Of a DNA stretch of 64,000 nt, positions 53,319 to 61,849 are shown in pieces. This DNA comes from an uncultured Bacteroidales bacterium. GTDB lineage: Bacteria > Bacteroidota > Bacteroidia > Bacteroidales > VadinHA17. Every line of letters starts with the position of its first letter. The stretch's first letter is position 1. The position numbers were made by a program, and so were the translations under genes. The notes under the pieces were generated by a model. That model searched no databases. It was not told the origin of the DNA and saw only the letters and a program-made list of their open reading frames with translations. Location: assembly GCA_963760915.1 (NCBI GenBank), contig CAVXEU010000003.1:266370-330369 (forward strand), read 5' to 3'.

Positions 53319-56300
53319 TTAACTTGCACTTATCTCAAGGTCAATCTCAACATCAGCAATTTTCTTCCTTATCTCTTCAAGCTTTTGTTCCTGCAATACC
53401 TTTTTGTAATCATACGGAATAACCTTAATGAACATTGGTAGGAACTTATTGAGATTATCAAGGATCATTTTTGCTTTTTTACTTTTAGTGAACTGGTAAT
53501 GACGGGTAATTAGTTTAGTAAGCTCGTTTACCTCATTATAGTCTTCAACCAGTGATAATTCGACCATTCCCATGTTACAGAAGTAATCAAAATCGCCGTT
53601 TTCGTTAAAAACATATGCTATTCCACCGCTCATGCCTGCTGCAAAGTTACTTCCTGTAGTACCAAGGACGACAACTCTCCCGCCTGTCATATATTCGCAG
53701 CAGTGGTTTCCGACACCTTCAACAACAGCATTTGCCCCGCTGTTTCTCACCCCGAACCTTTCACCAGCTACGCCGGAGATATATATTTCACCTCTTGTGG
53801 CACCATAAAGTACAGTGTTTCCGATTATTATATTCTTATCGGGTTCGAATGTCGACCCAGGAGGCGGGACAACAATTATCCTGCCACCTGAAAGCCCCTT
53901 TCCAAGATAATCATTTGAATCACCCTCCAGATAAAGTTCAACCCCTGGTGTGAGGAATGCGCCAAAACTCTGACCTGCAGATCCGTTGAAACAGCATTTT
54001 ATTGTCCCTTCAGGCAATCCTTCTGCACCATAGAGTGATGCAATTTTACCTGAAAGCATCGCACCTGTAGTCCGGTCAGTATTATGGATTGCCTTCTGTA
54101 TAACAACCGGTTGTTTATCTGAAATAGCTTTTTCTGCTTCAGATATCAACTCTAAATCAAGAACGTGATCAATTTTATGATCCTGAACGTCAGCACAATG
54201 CATAGCATTTACCGAAGATTCCTCAGTAACTGTTAGCAAACTGCTGAGATCAATATTTTTGATCTTCCAGTGATTTACTTCCGGATTCCTTTCCAGAAGA
54301 TCGAACCGACCGATAATATCGTCCATTCTTCTGTAACCCAGTTCAGCAAGATACTCACGAACCTCTTCAGCTAAAAAGGTAAAAAATGTTACCAGATTAT
54401 CGGCTTTTCCCCTGAATCTTTTTCTGAGTTCAGCATTCTGGGTAGCCACTCCGACAGGACATGTATTTAGGTGACATTTTCTCATCATAACACACCCCAT
54501 TACAATAAGTGCAGATGACGCAAAACCAAATTCCTCAGCGCCCAGCAATGCGGTCATTATAATATCTTTTCCGGTTTTAAGCTGGCCGTCTGCCTGAAGG
54601 ATCACTTTCCTGCGGAGATTATTCATTACCAGTGTCTGTTGCGATTCAGCAAGTCCCAGTTCAAGTGGCAATCCGGCATGCTTTATAGAAGAAGATGGAC
54701 TGGCACCTGTACCACCTTCATAACCACTTATGGTAATAAGGTCGGCTCCGGCTTTTGTTACTCCTGCAGCAATTGTTCCTACACCACTCTCAGATACCAG
54801 CTTTACACTTATCTTAGCCCTTGGATTAACATTTTTCAGGTCGAAAATAAGCTGGGAAAGATCTTCAATTGAATATATATCATGGTGTGGCGGAGGTGAA
54901 ATAAGAGTAATACCCGGTATGGAATACCTGGTTTTAGCAATGATATTATCGACCTTATGGCCGGGCAACTGACCTCCTTCACCGGGTTTTGCTCCCTGTG
55001 CGATTTTGATCTGTATCTCGTCAGCATTAACCAGGTATTCTGTTGTTACTCCGAAACGGCCGCTAGCCACCTGTTTAATGGCGCTTCTAACACTGTCGCC
55101 ATTTTCAAGCGGCTCGAACCGTAATGGATCTTCACCTCCTTCACCTGTATTACTTCTTCCACCGATACGATTCATAGCGATTGCCAGAGTCTCATGGGCT
55201 TCACGGCTTATAGATCCATACGACATCGCACCAGTTACAAACCTCTTCATTATGTTTTCTGCAGGCTCAACCTCTTCGACAGGGATCGGGTTACATTTCA
55301 TTTTTAATAAACCCCTGATAAATCCCGGACTTGCAGTGTTGGCATTTACCAGATTGCTGTACTGCTTGAATTTATTATAGTCAGCAGTTTTGGTACTCCA
55401 TTGAAGAAGTGAGATTGTTTCAGGATTCCAGGCATGATGCTCACCATATTTCCTGTAAGAATAGACACCTTCTGTAAGGGCTTCAGGTTGCTGTTCCTCA
55501 ATAAATGCTTTTCTGTGAGGTATGAGTATCTCTTCGGCAATTTCTTCCATACCTATACCTCCCAGCCTTGAGACCGTTCCTTCAAAGTATTTATCAATTA
55601 CATCGGAGTGAATACCTACTGCCTCGAAAATCTGGGACGAACGATAACTACGAAGTGTACTGATCCCCATCTTCGACATAATTTTAAGAATGCCTTTATT
55701 GATTGCATTTATATAATTTTCTTCCGCTTTCTGATAATCGAGCTGAATAGCTTTTACTTTAACAAGCTTGTCTATAACGGCAAAGCTCATATATGGATTG
55801 ATAATACTTGCTCCGTAGCCAAAAAGAAGTGCAAAATGCATTACTTCACGGGGTCCTGCAGATTCCACTACAATATCGATCTGCATGCGTTTGCGCTTTC
55901 TTATTAAATGATGGTGCACTGCAGAAACGGCCATCAAAGATGGTATTGGCGCAGCATTTTCGCTGATTCCACGGTCAGAAAGAATGATATAATTTTTCCC
56001 TTCATCGACAGCTTTTTCAGCATCACTGCATAGTTGGTCAACAGCACTCCTGAGTCCTTCAACACCTTTGCCGGCATCAAAATGGAGCTTGAGATTTGCT
56101 GCTGAAAACCCCTTATAGCCCAGATTTTTAACCACCTGGAAATAGGTATTATTTATTACAGGATTTCTGAACCTGACCATTTTGACATGATCGGGTGATG
56201 TCTCAAGCAGGTTTTGTTGTAGTGATCCGAGGTAACCCGAGAGCGTCATTACCAGTTCTTCTCTTATCGGATCAATAGGTGGATTTGTGACCTGTGCAAA

Positions 56301-57848
56301 TAACTGCTTGAAATAGTTAAAAAGCCGGTAGGGTTTCTTCGAGAGAACTGCAAGCGGTACATCGTTGCCCATTGAACCTATTGGCTCTTTCCCGGTAGCT
56401 GCCATCTCTTTGATTATCCTGTCAGTATCTTCCAGCGAGTAATTGAATGAAGTGATATATTTATTGTACTGATCTCCCATTTCAGTGGGCTCTGTACGAC
56501 CGGTTTCAATCTTTTCAAGTTTTACCATATTTTGCTGGATCCATTCTCCGTAAGGAAATTCATCAGCCAGTTTGGCTTTTAATTCCTTATCATAATAGAT
56601 TTTTCCGGCTTTTGTATCCACAAGCAGCATTTTGCCTGCTGTAAGACGTCCTTTCTCCCTGACCTCTTCAGGGGCAAATGTCTGTACCCCGGTTTCAGAT
56701 CCCAGAACAATCAGATCATTGGTTGTAATTACATATCGTGATGGACGGAGACCATTGCGGTCGAGCATTCCACCTATGTATCGTCCGTCGGAAAAGATAA
56801 GTGAGGCTGGGCCGTCCCAGGGTTCCATAAATGTGGAATGGTACTTATAAAAAGCTTTTAATTCCGGGGAAATAGGATTTTTATCATTTATTGATTCCGG
56901 AATCAGAATCGACATAGCATATGGAAGCGATTTACCGCTCATTATAAGGAATTCCAGTACATTATCAAGAGAAGCAGAATCGCTCTTACCTGGTTCAATT
57001 ATCGGATATAATCTTGACAGATCGCCCAGTTTTTCAGACTTCAGGATTGATTCCCTTGCCTCCATCCAGAAACGGTTCCCCTTTATTGTGTTGATCTCGC
57101 CGTTGTGTCCCAGCATTCTGAAAGGCTGAGCAAGATCCCAGCTTGGGAATGTGTTGGTGCTGAAACGGGAATGTACAAGTGCAATGGCACTTTGCAAACG
57201 CTCATCATTTAGATCCAGATAATACTCTCCAAGCTGATTGGAAGTTAGCATACCTTTATAAATAAGAACTTTGGTCGACAGGCTGGGTATGTAGAAAAAA
57301 CTCTTCTGCTTCAGATCCGATTTACGGATCAGATTTTCCGTCCGTTTCCTGATAATATATAATTTTCGCTCCAGATCATCCTGCGGGATATCCGCACCTA
57401 GGAGAATCTGCAGTATTTCCGGTTCAGCAGCGCGCGAGATCTCACCTATCACTAAATTATTGCGTGGAACTTCCCGAAAACCTATGATATCTACTCCTTC
57501 TTCCTTAATAATTTCGAGCAGCATTTCCTGACATTTTGCCGCATCAGAACTGTCTTGAGGAAAGAAAACAAGACCAGTTCCAAATTGTCCTTCAGGAGGA
57601 AGTGAGTAACCCTGTATTAGGTAAAAATCGCGGGGAACCTGTATAAGCACACCAGCACCGTCTCCTGTTTTACTATCAGCCCCCTCTGCACCACGGTGGG
57701 TCATATTCGCAAGTATATCCAGACCCTGTTTGATTATGGAATGAGATTTTTTACCCTTAAGATGAGCAACAAATCCTATTCCGCAATTTTCATGTTCAAA
57801 CTCCTGACGGTATAATCCCTGCTGTATTGGCCGTTCTTTTTTCATCAT
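53319..57848 (-). CDS. gltB: Glutamate synthase large subunit
   Basis: The 1509-aa ORF has an Ntn amidotransferase start (...HENCGIGFVA). It also has an FMN/3Fe-4S central domain and a C-terminal GXGXG beta-helix region (GNHCCEYMTGGRVVVLG). Confidence 0.95.
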   Translation of the reverse strand: MMKKERPIQQGLYRQEFEHENCGIGFVAHLKGKKSHSIIKQGLDILANMTHRGAEGADSKTGDGAGVLIQVPRDFYLIQGYSLPPEGQFGTGLVFFPQDSSDAAKCQEMLLEIIKEEGVDIIGFREVPRNNLVIGEISRAAEPEILQILLGADIPQDDLERKLYIIRKRTENLIRKSDLKQKSFFYIPSLSTKVLIYKGMLTSNQLGEYYLDLNDERLQSAIALVHSRFSTNTFPSWDLAQPFRMLGHNGEINTIKGNRFWMEARESILKSEKLGDLSRLYPIIEPGKSDSASLDNVLEFLIMSGKSLPYAMSILIPESINDKNPISPELKAFYKYHSTFMEPWDGPASLIFSDGRYIGGMLDRNGLRPSRYVITTNDLIVLGSETGVQTFAPEEVREKGRLTAGKMLLVDTKAGKIYYDKELKAKLADEFPYGEWIQQNMVKLEKIETGRTEPTEMGDQYNKYITSFNYSLEDTDRIIKEMAATGKEPIGSMGNDVPLAVLSKKPYRLFNYFKQLFAQVTNPPIDPIREELVMTLSGYLGSLQQNLLETSPDHVKMVRFRNPVINNTYFQVVKNLGYKGFSAANLKLHFDAGKGVEGLRSAVDQLCSDAEKAVDEGKNYIILSDRGISENAAPIPSLMAVSAVHHHLIRKRKRMQIDIVVESAGPREVMHFALLFGYGASIINPYMSFAVIDKLVKVKAIQLDYQKAEENYINAINKGILKIMSKMGISTLRSYRSSQIFEAVGIHSDVIDKYFEGTVSRLGGIGMEEIAEEILIPHRKAFIEEQQPEALTEGVYSYRKYGEHHAWNPETISLLQWSTKTADYNKFKQYSNLVNANTASPGFIRGLLKMKCNPIPVEEVEPAENIMKRFVTGAMSYGSISREAHETLAIAMNRIGGRSNTGEGGEDPLRFEPLENGDSVRSAIKQVASGRFGVTTEYLVNADEIQIKIAQGAKPGEGGQLPGHKVDNIIAKTRYSIPGITLISPPPHHDIYSIEDLSQLIFDLKNVNPRAKISVKLVSESGVGTIAAGVTKAGADLITISGYEGGTGASPSSSIKHAGLPLELGLAESQQTLVMNNLRRKVILQADGQLKTGKDIIMTALLGAEEFGFASSALIVMGCVMMRKCHLNTCPVGVATQNAELRKRFRGKADNLVTFFTFLAEEVREYLAELGYRRMDDIIGRFDLLERNPEVNHWKIKNIDLSSLLTVTEESSVNAMHCADVQDHKIDHVLDLELISEAEKAISDKQPVVIQKAIHNTDRTTGAMLSGKIASLYGAEGLPEGTIKCCFNGSAGQSFGAFLTPGVELYLEGDSNDYLGKGLSGGRIIVVPPPGSTFEPDKNIIIGNTVLYGATRGEIYISGVAGERFGVRNSGANAVVEGVGNHCCEYMTGGRVVVLGTTGSNFAAGMSGGIAYVFNENGDFDYFCNMGMVELSLVEDYNEVNELTKLITRHYQFTKSKKAKMILDNLNKFLPMFIKVIPYDYKKVLQEQKLEEIRKKIADVEIDLEISAS

Positions 57849-57881
57849 AATCTAAAGTAATATCATGTTCTGTTTTTGTAC

Positions 57882-57913
57882 AAAAAAAACCGTTCTCTGT
57901 GTTTGAGAACGGT
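57882..57913 (-). terminator. Intrinsic-terminator-like hairpin + U8 inside the gltB 5' leader (candidate attenuator)
   Basis: The - strand RNA reads ACCGUUCUC-AAACACA-GAGAACGGU followed by UUUUUUUU. This is a 9-bp perfect stem, and the U-tract ends 33 nt upstream of the gltB ATG. No upstream co-oriented gene exists for it to terminate. Confidence 0.5.
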
Positions 57914-58024
57914 CATCCCTAATCCGATACCAAACACCATTTTTATTCAGTTCCAATTAACCTTTTAATGAGGTGTAATGATAAAATGGATCTAAAAGTG
58001 TTCATTTCTGTTAACATTTGCTGA

Positions 58025-58032
58025 CAAATATA
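58025..58032 (-). promoter_or_regulatory. Candidate -7 promoter element TATATTTG for gltBD
   Basis: The reverse strand reads TATATTTG, an exact match to TAnnTTTG, about 177 nt upstream of the gltB ATG and upstream of the leader hairpin. Confidence 0.3.
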
Positions 58033-58254
58033 CTACATATTCTTTCAAATTGTCACAATAGATCAGAGAAAAATTAATAATAATTAATAAATATTTAAAA
58101 AAGATATAAACCGGTTAATTAACAGTAGGGAATGTACAGTGTTGCAATATTCCTGTTTACCATGAACCGGTTCTGAAATTTTTTCTTTACCTTGTATTTC
58201 TTTAATAGTCTGGACAATTATTTAAAATAGTTATTCCTTTTTGAACACATTTAC

Positions 58255-59781
58255 ATGGAAAACCCAAAGAACCTTATTATAGTAATTTTTGGAGCCTCGG
58301 GTGATCTTACTGCGCGGAAGCTTTTACCTGCATTATTTTCTCTGAAGACTCAAAAGCTTATGCCTGAGAAATATGCAATTATTGGAGTTGGCAGAACGAA
58401 AATGACGACTGATGAATTCAGAACTAAGCTTAGCAGGGCAATAGTCTCATATTCAGAGGAAAAGATAACTGATACGGATATCGTTAATGAATTTGTTAAT
58501 GAATTGTACTATCTGTCCATGGATAATGCTTCTGCCCAGGGATATGAGGATCTGAAATCATTATTGAAAGTAACGGATAATAAATATGGTATCGGTGGTA
58601 ACTATATCTTTTATATGGCAACACCGCCAAGCCTCTATGAGATTATAGGAGTTAACCTTGCCAAAGCGGGACTTACCAATCAGGAAAATGGGTTCAGAAG
58701 GGTAATTATTGAGAAACCCTTTGGCTATGATCTTGAATCGGGAAGAAGGCTGAACAAAACTCTTCATGAACTTTTACCTGAAGATCAGATCTTCAGGATA
58801 GATCATTACCTGGGAAAGGAAACAGTTCAGAACCTGCTTGTTACAAGATTTGCAAACGGTATGTTTGAGCCGTTATGGAACAGAAATTATATACACCGTA
58901 TTGAAATCACCTCAGCTGAAAGTATCGGTGTGGAAGATAGGGGAGGATATTACGAATCATCAGGTGCCTTGAGGGATATGGTACAGAACCACCTTCTTCA
59001 GATGGTGGGATTAACTGCAATGGAGCCTCCCTCATCACTCGATGCCAATGCTATTCGTAATGAGGTATTGAAGGTTTTTCAGTCATTGCAGCCGATTAAA
59101 GAGGAAGATGTGTCAAAACAGGTAATCAGAGGGCAATACACAGGATCCCTTATCAGAGGGGAGTGCATTACAGGTTACCGTTATGAAAAGGGTGTTTCAG
59201 CTGACTCCAGAACCGAGACCTATGTAGCTGTTAAGTTTTTCATAAATAACTGGAGATGGGGTGGAGTTCCGTTTTATATCCGTACGGGTAAAAGACTGCC
59301 TACCCGTGTCACTGAAATTGTTATTCATTTTAAACAGACTCCTCATCATCTGTTTCAGAGAGAATCCGGTAAACTGTCATCTAACCAGTTAATAATCCGG
59401 ATTCAGCCCGATGAGGGAATACTTCTTAAATTTGACATGAAAGAACCAGGTGCAGGGTTTAATGTAAAGAATGTAAATATGGATTTTCACTATAAAGATC
59501 TTGCAAATGTAAGAGTACCATCAGCTTACGAAAGGTTATTGCATGATGTTATGCTTGGTGATTCAACACTTTTTTCACGTGATGATGAAGTTGAAACTGC
59601 CTGGAAATTTCTGGAACCAATTCAAAAAGCATGGGAAAACAATCCCTCCGTTAAGATTTTTGGCTATCCGGCCGGGACATGGGGACCGGAACATGCAAAT
59701 GATCTTATTGAAGGAGAGGGTCTTACGTGGAGATATCCATGTAAGAACCTGGCAGATGATGAGTTGTACTGCGAGCTTTGA
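58255..59781 (+). CDS. zwf: Glucose-6-phosphate 1-dehydrogenase
   Basis: The ORF has a GASGDLTARKL dinucleotide-binding motif, the RIDHYLGKE active-site motif and QNHLLQ. Confidence 0.9.
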   Translation: MENPKNLIIVIFGASGDLTARKLLPALFSLKTQKLMPEKYAIIGVGRTKMTTDEFRTKLSRAIVSYSEEKITDTDIVNEFVNELYYLSMDNASAQGYEDLKSLLKVTDNKYGIGGNYIFYMATPPSLYEIIGVNLAKAGLTNQENGFRRVIIEKPFGYDLESGRRLNKTLHELLPEDQIFRIDHYLGKETVQNLLVTRFANGMFEPLWNRNYIHRIEITSAESIGVEDRGGYYESSGALRDMVQNHLLQMVGLTAMEPPSSLDANAIRNEVLKVFQSLQPIKEEDVSKQVIRGQYTGSLIRGECITGYRYEKGVSADSRTETYVAVKFFINNWRWGGVPFYIRTGKRLPTRVTEIVIHFKQTPHHLFQRESGKLSSNQLIIRIQPDEGILLKFDMKEPGAGFNVKNVNMDFHYKDLANVRVPSAYERLLHDVMLGDSTLFSRDDEVETAWKFLEPIQKAWENNPSVKIFGYPAGTWGPEHANDLIEGEGLTWRYPCKNLADDELYCEL

Positions 59782-59875
59782 TGCAGAGATGAAGTAAAGC
59801 CGGTAAAATATGTTTTTTTCAGAAAAAATCTTTTAATTGAAAATATCCTTACCTTCAAATTCTATCATTTTTAAT

Positions 59876-60220
59876 ATGAAACGATTTCCTGCATCTTTTT
59901 GTATTTTTTTCATCTTTCCCGGGTATGCATGCGCTCAATTGTTTGTTGGAGGGAACCTGCTGGCCATGAGTGCGGGATTTTGGACTGGCCTGCAACCGGA
60001 AATTGATAAACATACAAAGGAACTTCCTGAAAATAATTTCATAAGGGCAGGTACCATTATGAAGAAAAATGAAGTATCGGGTGTTGAGTTAAGGATACAA
60101 TGGCCATTTGCACTCAGACGGTACCAGATTCAGCCTGGAAGATATTTCTGCTCATATTTGTTAAGCCTTTTGATTGCATTAAGATTGGTTCACAAAAAAT
60201 TGCATCTGATTTATATTTAA
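59876..60220 (+). CDS. Hypothetical small protein with signal-peptide-like N-terminus (possibly a gene remnant)
   Basis: MKRFPASFCIFFIFPGYACAQ looks like a signal peptide. The rest has no recognisable motif. The ORF occupies the spacer between zwf and pgl. Confidence 0.25.
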   Translation: MKRFPASFCIFFIFPGYACAQLFVGGNLLAMSAGFWTGLQPEIDKHTKELPENNFIRAGTIMKKNEVSGVELRIQWPFALRRYQIQPGRYFCSYLLSLLIALRLVHKKLHLIYI

Positions 60221-60253
60221 TGCACTATATTATAAACCAAAGAACTTTACGAA

Positions 60254-60982
60254 TTGGATAAATCGGTAAAAATATTTCATACGCCATATGAATTGGCAGA
60301 AAGGTTCGCCGAAGAATTGATAGCAATGATCAATTTAGCTGTGGCCGGCAAGAAGCTATTTTCAGTTGCCTTATCAGGTGGATCCACTCCTGAGCTCTTA
60401 CTCTCATTGTTAGGTGACTATTATTCAAAATCTGTTCCATGGGAGTTTGTTCATTTTTTCTGGGGAGATGAAAGATGCGTTCCTCCTGATGATGTTCAGA
60501 GTAACTACGGTATGACTAAACAAAAATTGCTAGACAAGATTATGATTCCTCCTGCAAATATTCACAGGATTCAGGGTGAAGCTGATCCCTATACTGAGAT
60601 TTCACGTTATTCGGATGAAATATCACATTACACAGCCAGGAGAGATGGAATGCCACGTTTCAACCTGATAATGCTTGGATTAGGCGAGGACGGACATACA
60701 GCTTCAATCTTTCCCGGAAGGATAGATTTATTTAATTCTGAGAATATCTGTGAGGTGACAGTTTATCCTGGTTCCGGTCAAAAAAGAATTACTATTACCG
60801 GCAGGGTTATAAATAACGCAGATGCGGTAGCTTTTCTTGTTACGGGAGGAAAAAAAGCTGAAATAGTGAAGAATATAATTAAAAATAACCCGGCAGCAAT
60901 AAACTTTCCAGCTTATTATGTTGTTCCTGTTCATGGGAGCCTTACCTGGTATATTGATGAAGATGGAGGAAGTCTGCTTTAA
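60254..60982 (+). CDS. pgl: 6-phosphogluconolactonase
   Basis: The ORF contains SGGSTP and GLGEDGHTASIFPG motifs. TTG at 60254 is the only start codon available, because an in-frame stop lies at 60233-60235 and the next Met is residue 24. Confidence 0.85.
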   Translation: MDKSVKIFHTPYELAERFAEELIAMINLAVAGKKLFSVALSGGSTPELLLSLLGDYYSKSVPWEFVHFFWGDERCVPPDDVQSNYGMTKQKLLDKIMIPPANIHRIQGEADPYTEISRYSDEISHYTARRDGMPRFNLIMLGLGEDGHTASIFPGRIDLFNSENICEVTVYPGSGQKRITITGRVINNADAVAFLVTGGKKAEIVKNIIKNNPAAINFPAYYVVPVHGSLTWYIDEDGGSLL

Positions 60983-61076
60983 CTGTTAAACGGGTTGCAA
61001 AATCATTAAATACATCAGGTTCGGATGATTTTTTATATATTTGAAATACCTTTTTATTAACTTTAAATGTAAAGAT

Positions 61077-61190
61077 ATGTCACACGAAAAAGCTAAGGAA
61101 CAGACAAAGAACAAAAAAGAGGCTACTAAGAGTCTGAAAGAAAAACGCGCTGCAAAAAAAGCTAAAAAGGAAGAAAAAATGCGACAATAG
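61077..61190 (+). CDS. Possible 37-aa lysine-rich small protein
   Basis: I translated it myself: MSHEKAKEQTKNKKEATKSLKEKRAAKKAKKEEKMRQ*. It is too short for the track. A hairpin follows it (AGACATTTTA..TAAAAATGTCT, 61189-61216). There is no homology evidence. Confidence 0.3.
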   Translation: MSHEKAKEQTKNKKEATKSLKEKRAAKKAKKEEKMRQ

Positions 61191-61287
61191 ACATTTTATT
61201 GAATATAAAAATGTCTGTATTTCTTTGATTCAGTAATCTGGTCAGCTACTGAATACTAAAATATGATGGCTTGATATGAGCGCTTAA

Positions 61288-61317
61288 ATAAAAAGCCGGT
61301 GATAAGTATCACCGGCT
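61288..61317 (-). terminator. Intrinsic terminator of the cold-shock gene
   Basis: The - strand RNA reads AGCCGGUGAU-ACUU-AUCACCGGCU followed by UUUUAUUU. This is a 10-bp perfect GC-rich stem starting 27 nt after the csp stop. Confidence 0.75.
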
Positions 61318-61343
61318 GAATAATAAATCTTTGTATAGATAAA

Positions 61344-61535
61344 CTAAGCTAGTCTTACGTCTACTGCATTAATTCCTTTTTTGCCCTCCTGAAGTTCAAA
61401 TGTGACTTCATCATTCTCTTTAATCTGATCTTTCAGACCAGAAACGTGTACAAAATATTCATTATCCGAATCTGCATCTTTTATGAATCCGAATCCTTTT
61501 GATACATTAAAAAATTTAACTGTTCCTTTGTTCAT
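61344..61535 (-). CDS. Cold-shock protein (CspA family)
   Basis: The 63-aa ORF has the KGFGFI (RNP1) and YFVHV (RNP2) motifs. Confidence 0.9.
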   Translation of the reverse strand: MNKGTVKFFNVSKGFGFIKDADSDNEYFVHVSGLKDQIKENDEVTFELQEGKKGINAVDVRLA

Positions 61536-61849
61536 TTTATTCTGTTTTTAAATTAATGGCGCAATGTAAGTATTTTATTTGATATAATCTAAATATTTTT
61601 ATAATAATCTGATATTAAATTGATTTGTAATAGATTAAAATACCCTTTGCTTCGATATCATAATGAACAGCCTGTCAGTTTATTATTTCTGTTTCTAATC
61701 AGCCTGGTAAATTCAAGGTTCCGGCAAAAAATACTCACCTGAAAATCTCAAAATAGCTCAGCAGAACTTTACATTTTAACAAGTAATTCTGATACTCATA
61801 TAAAATATTTCTACTTTTATCGGTTAAATTAACAGAGGAAATCCGGATT

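Noticed and set aside
58109-58172. Two copies of the palindrome AACCGGTT, 56 bp apart, in the zwf/gltB divergent region.
   Set aside because: A repeated 8-mer within a 400-bp region is expected by chance about once. It is not enough to call a regulatory site.
61000-61036. AAAATCAT...ATGATTTT hairpin after pgl, as a terminator.
   Set aside because: The stem is 8 bp of A/T with an 18-nt loop, too weak to call. It is left unannotated.
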